Assembly: GCF_001194135.2 (NCBI RefSeq)
Contig: NC_068986.1
Location: forward strand, 112,274,326-112,322,688
DNA: 48,363 nucleotides
DNA from: Octopus bimaculoides
Lineage: Eukaryota
Reading direction: 5' to 3'
Part shown: positions 48,181 to 48,363 of the stretch, in pieces
How positions within the stretch are numbered: the stretch's first letter is position 1
Layout: each line of letters opens with the position of its first letter
Notes under the pieces: generated by a model
What the model saw: the letters and a program-made list of their open reading frames with translations, nothing else
What the model was told of the DNA's origin: nothing
Databases searched by the model: none
Program-made: the position numbers and the translations under genes

Positions 48181-48363
48181 GAAACGGAACATGAATAAGA
48201 GCAAATGAACAAAGACACAAGAAACAAAGTAGGAAAAGACCCAAAGGAATAAAATAAAGAAAAAAGAGCAAAAGAATGGAATAAAGAAAGAAAAGAAAGA
48301 CAGGCGAGAGAATGAAAGAACACACACACACACACGTATATATATATATATATATATATATAT

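Overview
Eukaryotic, AT-rich, microsatellite-saturated draft-assembly sequence with 17 N gaps (about 7 kb in total). It is inferred, not proven, to be a coleoid cephalopod (Octopus-like), judging from the repeat landscape. Most of the window reads as intronic or intergenic DNA, and nearly all ORFs in the supplied track are artefacts of N runs or simple repeats. Supported content: about 20 copies or fragments of four tRNA-derived SINE types (local labels A-D); three separate R4/Dong-clade (RLE-type) LINE remnants; a CR1/L2 LINE 3' end whose tail matches SINE A; a Penelope-like GIY-YIG remnant; two hammerhead-ribozyme-like motifs; and one credible orphan protein-coding exon (39111-39364, +). Best leads: a GC-rich 79-nt hairpin resembling a pri-miRNA (11671-11749), a near-intact minimal hammerhead (27031-27077, -), an endonuclease-deleted Dong derivative, a CRE plus YY1/Pho motif cluster (20.7-21.0 kb) and a CTCF-like site in a CpG-rich patch (47.9 kb). 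I found no CRISPR array, rRNA, true tRNA gene or prokaryotic system. All alignments and folds were done by eye, and repeat boundaries are approximate.
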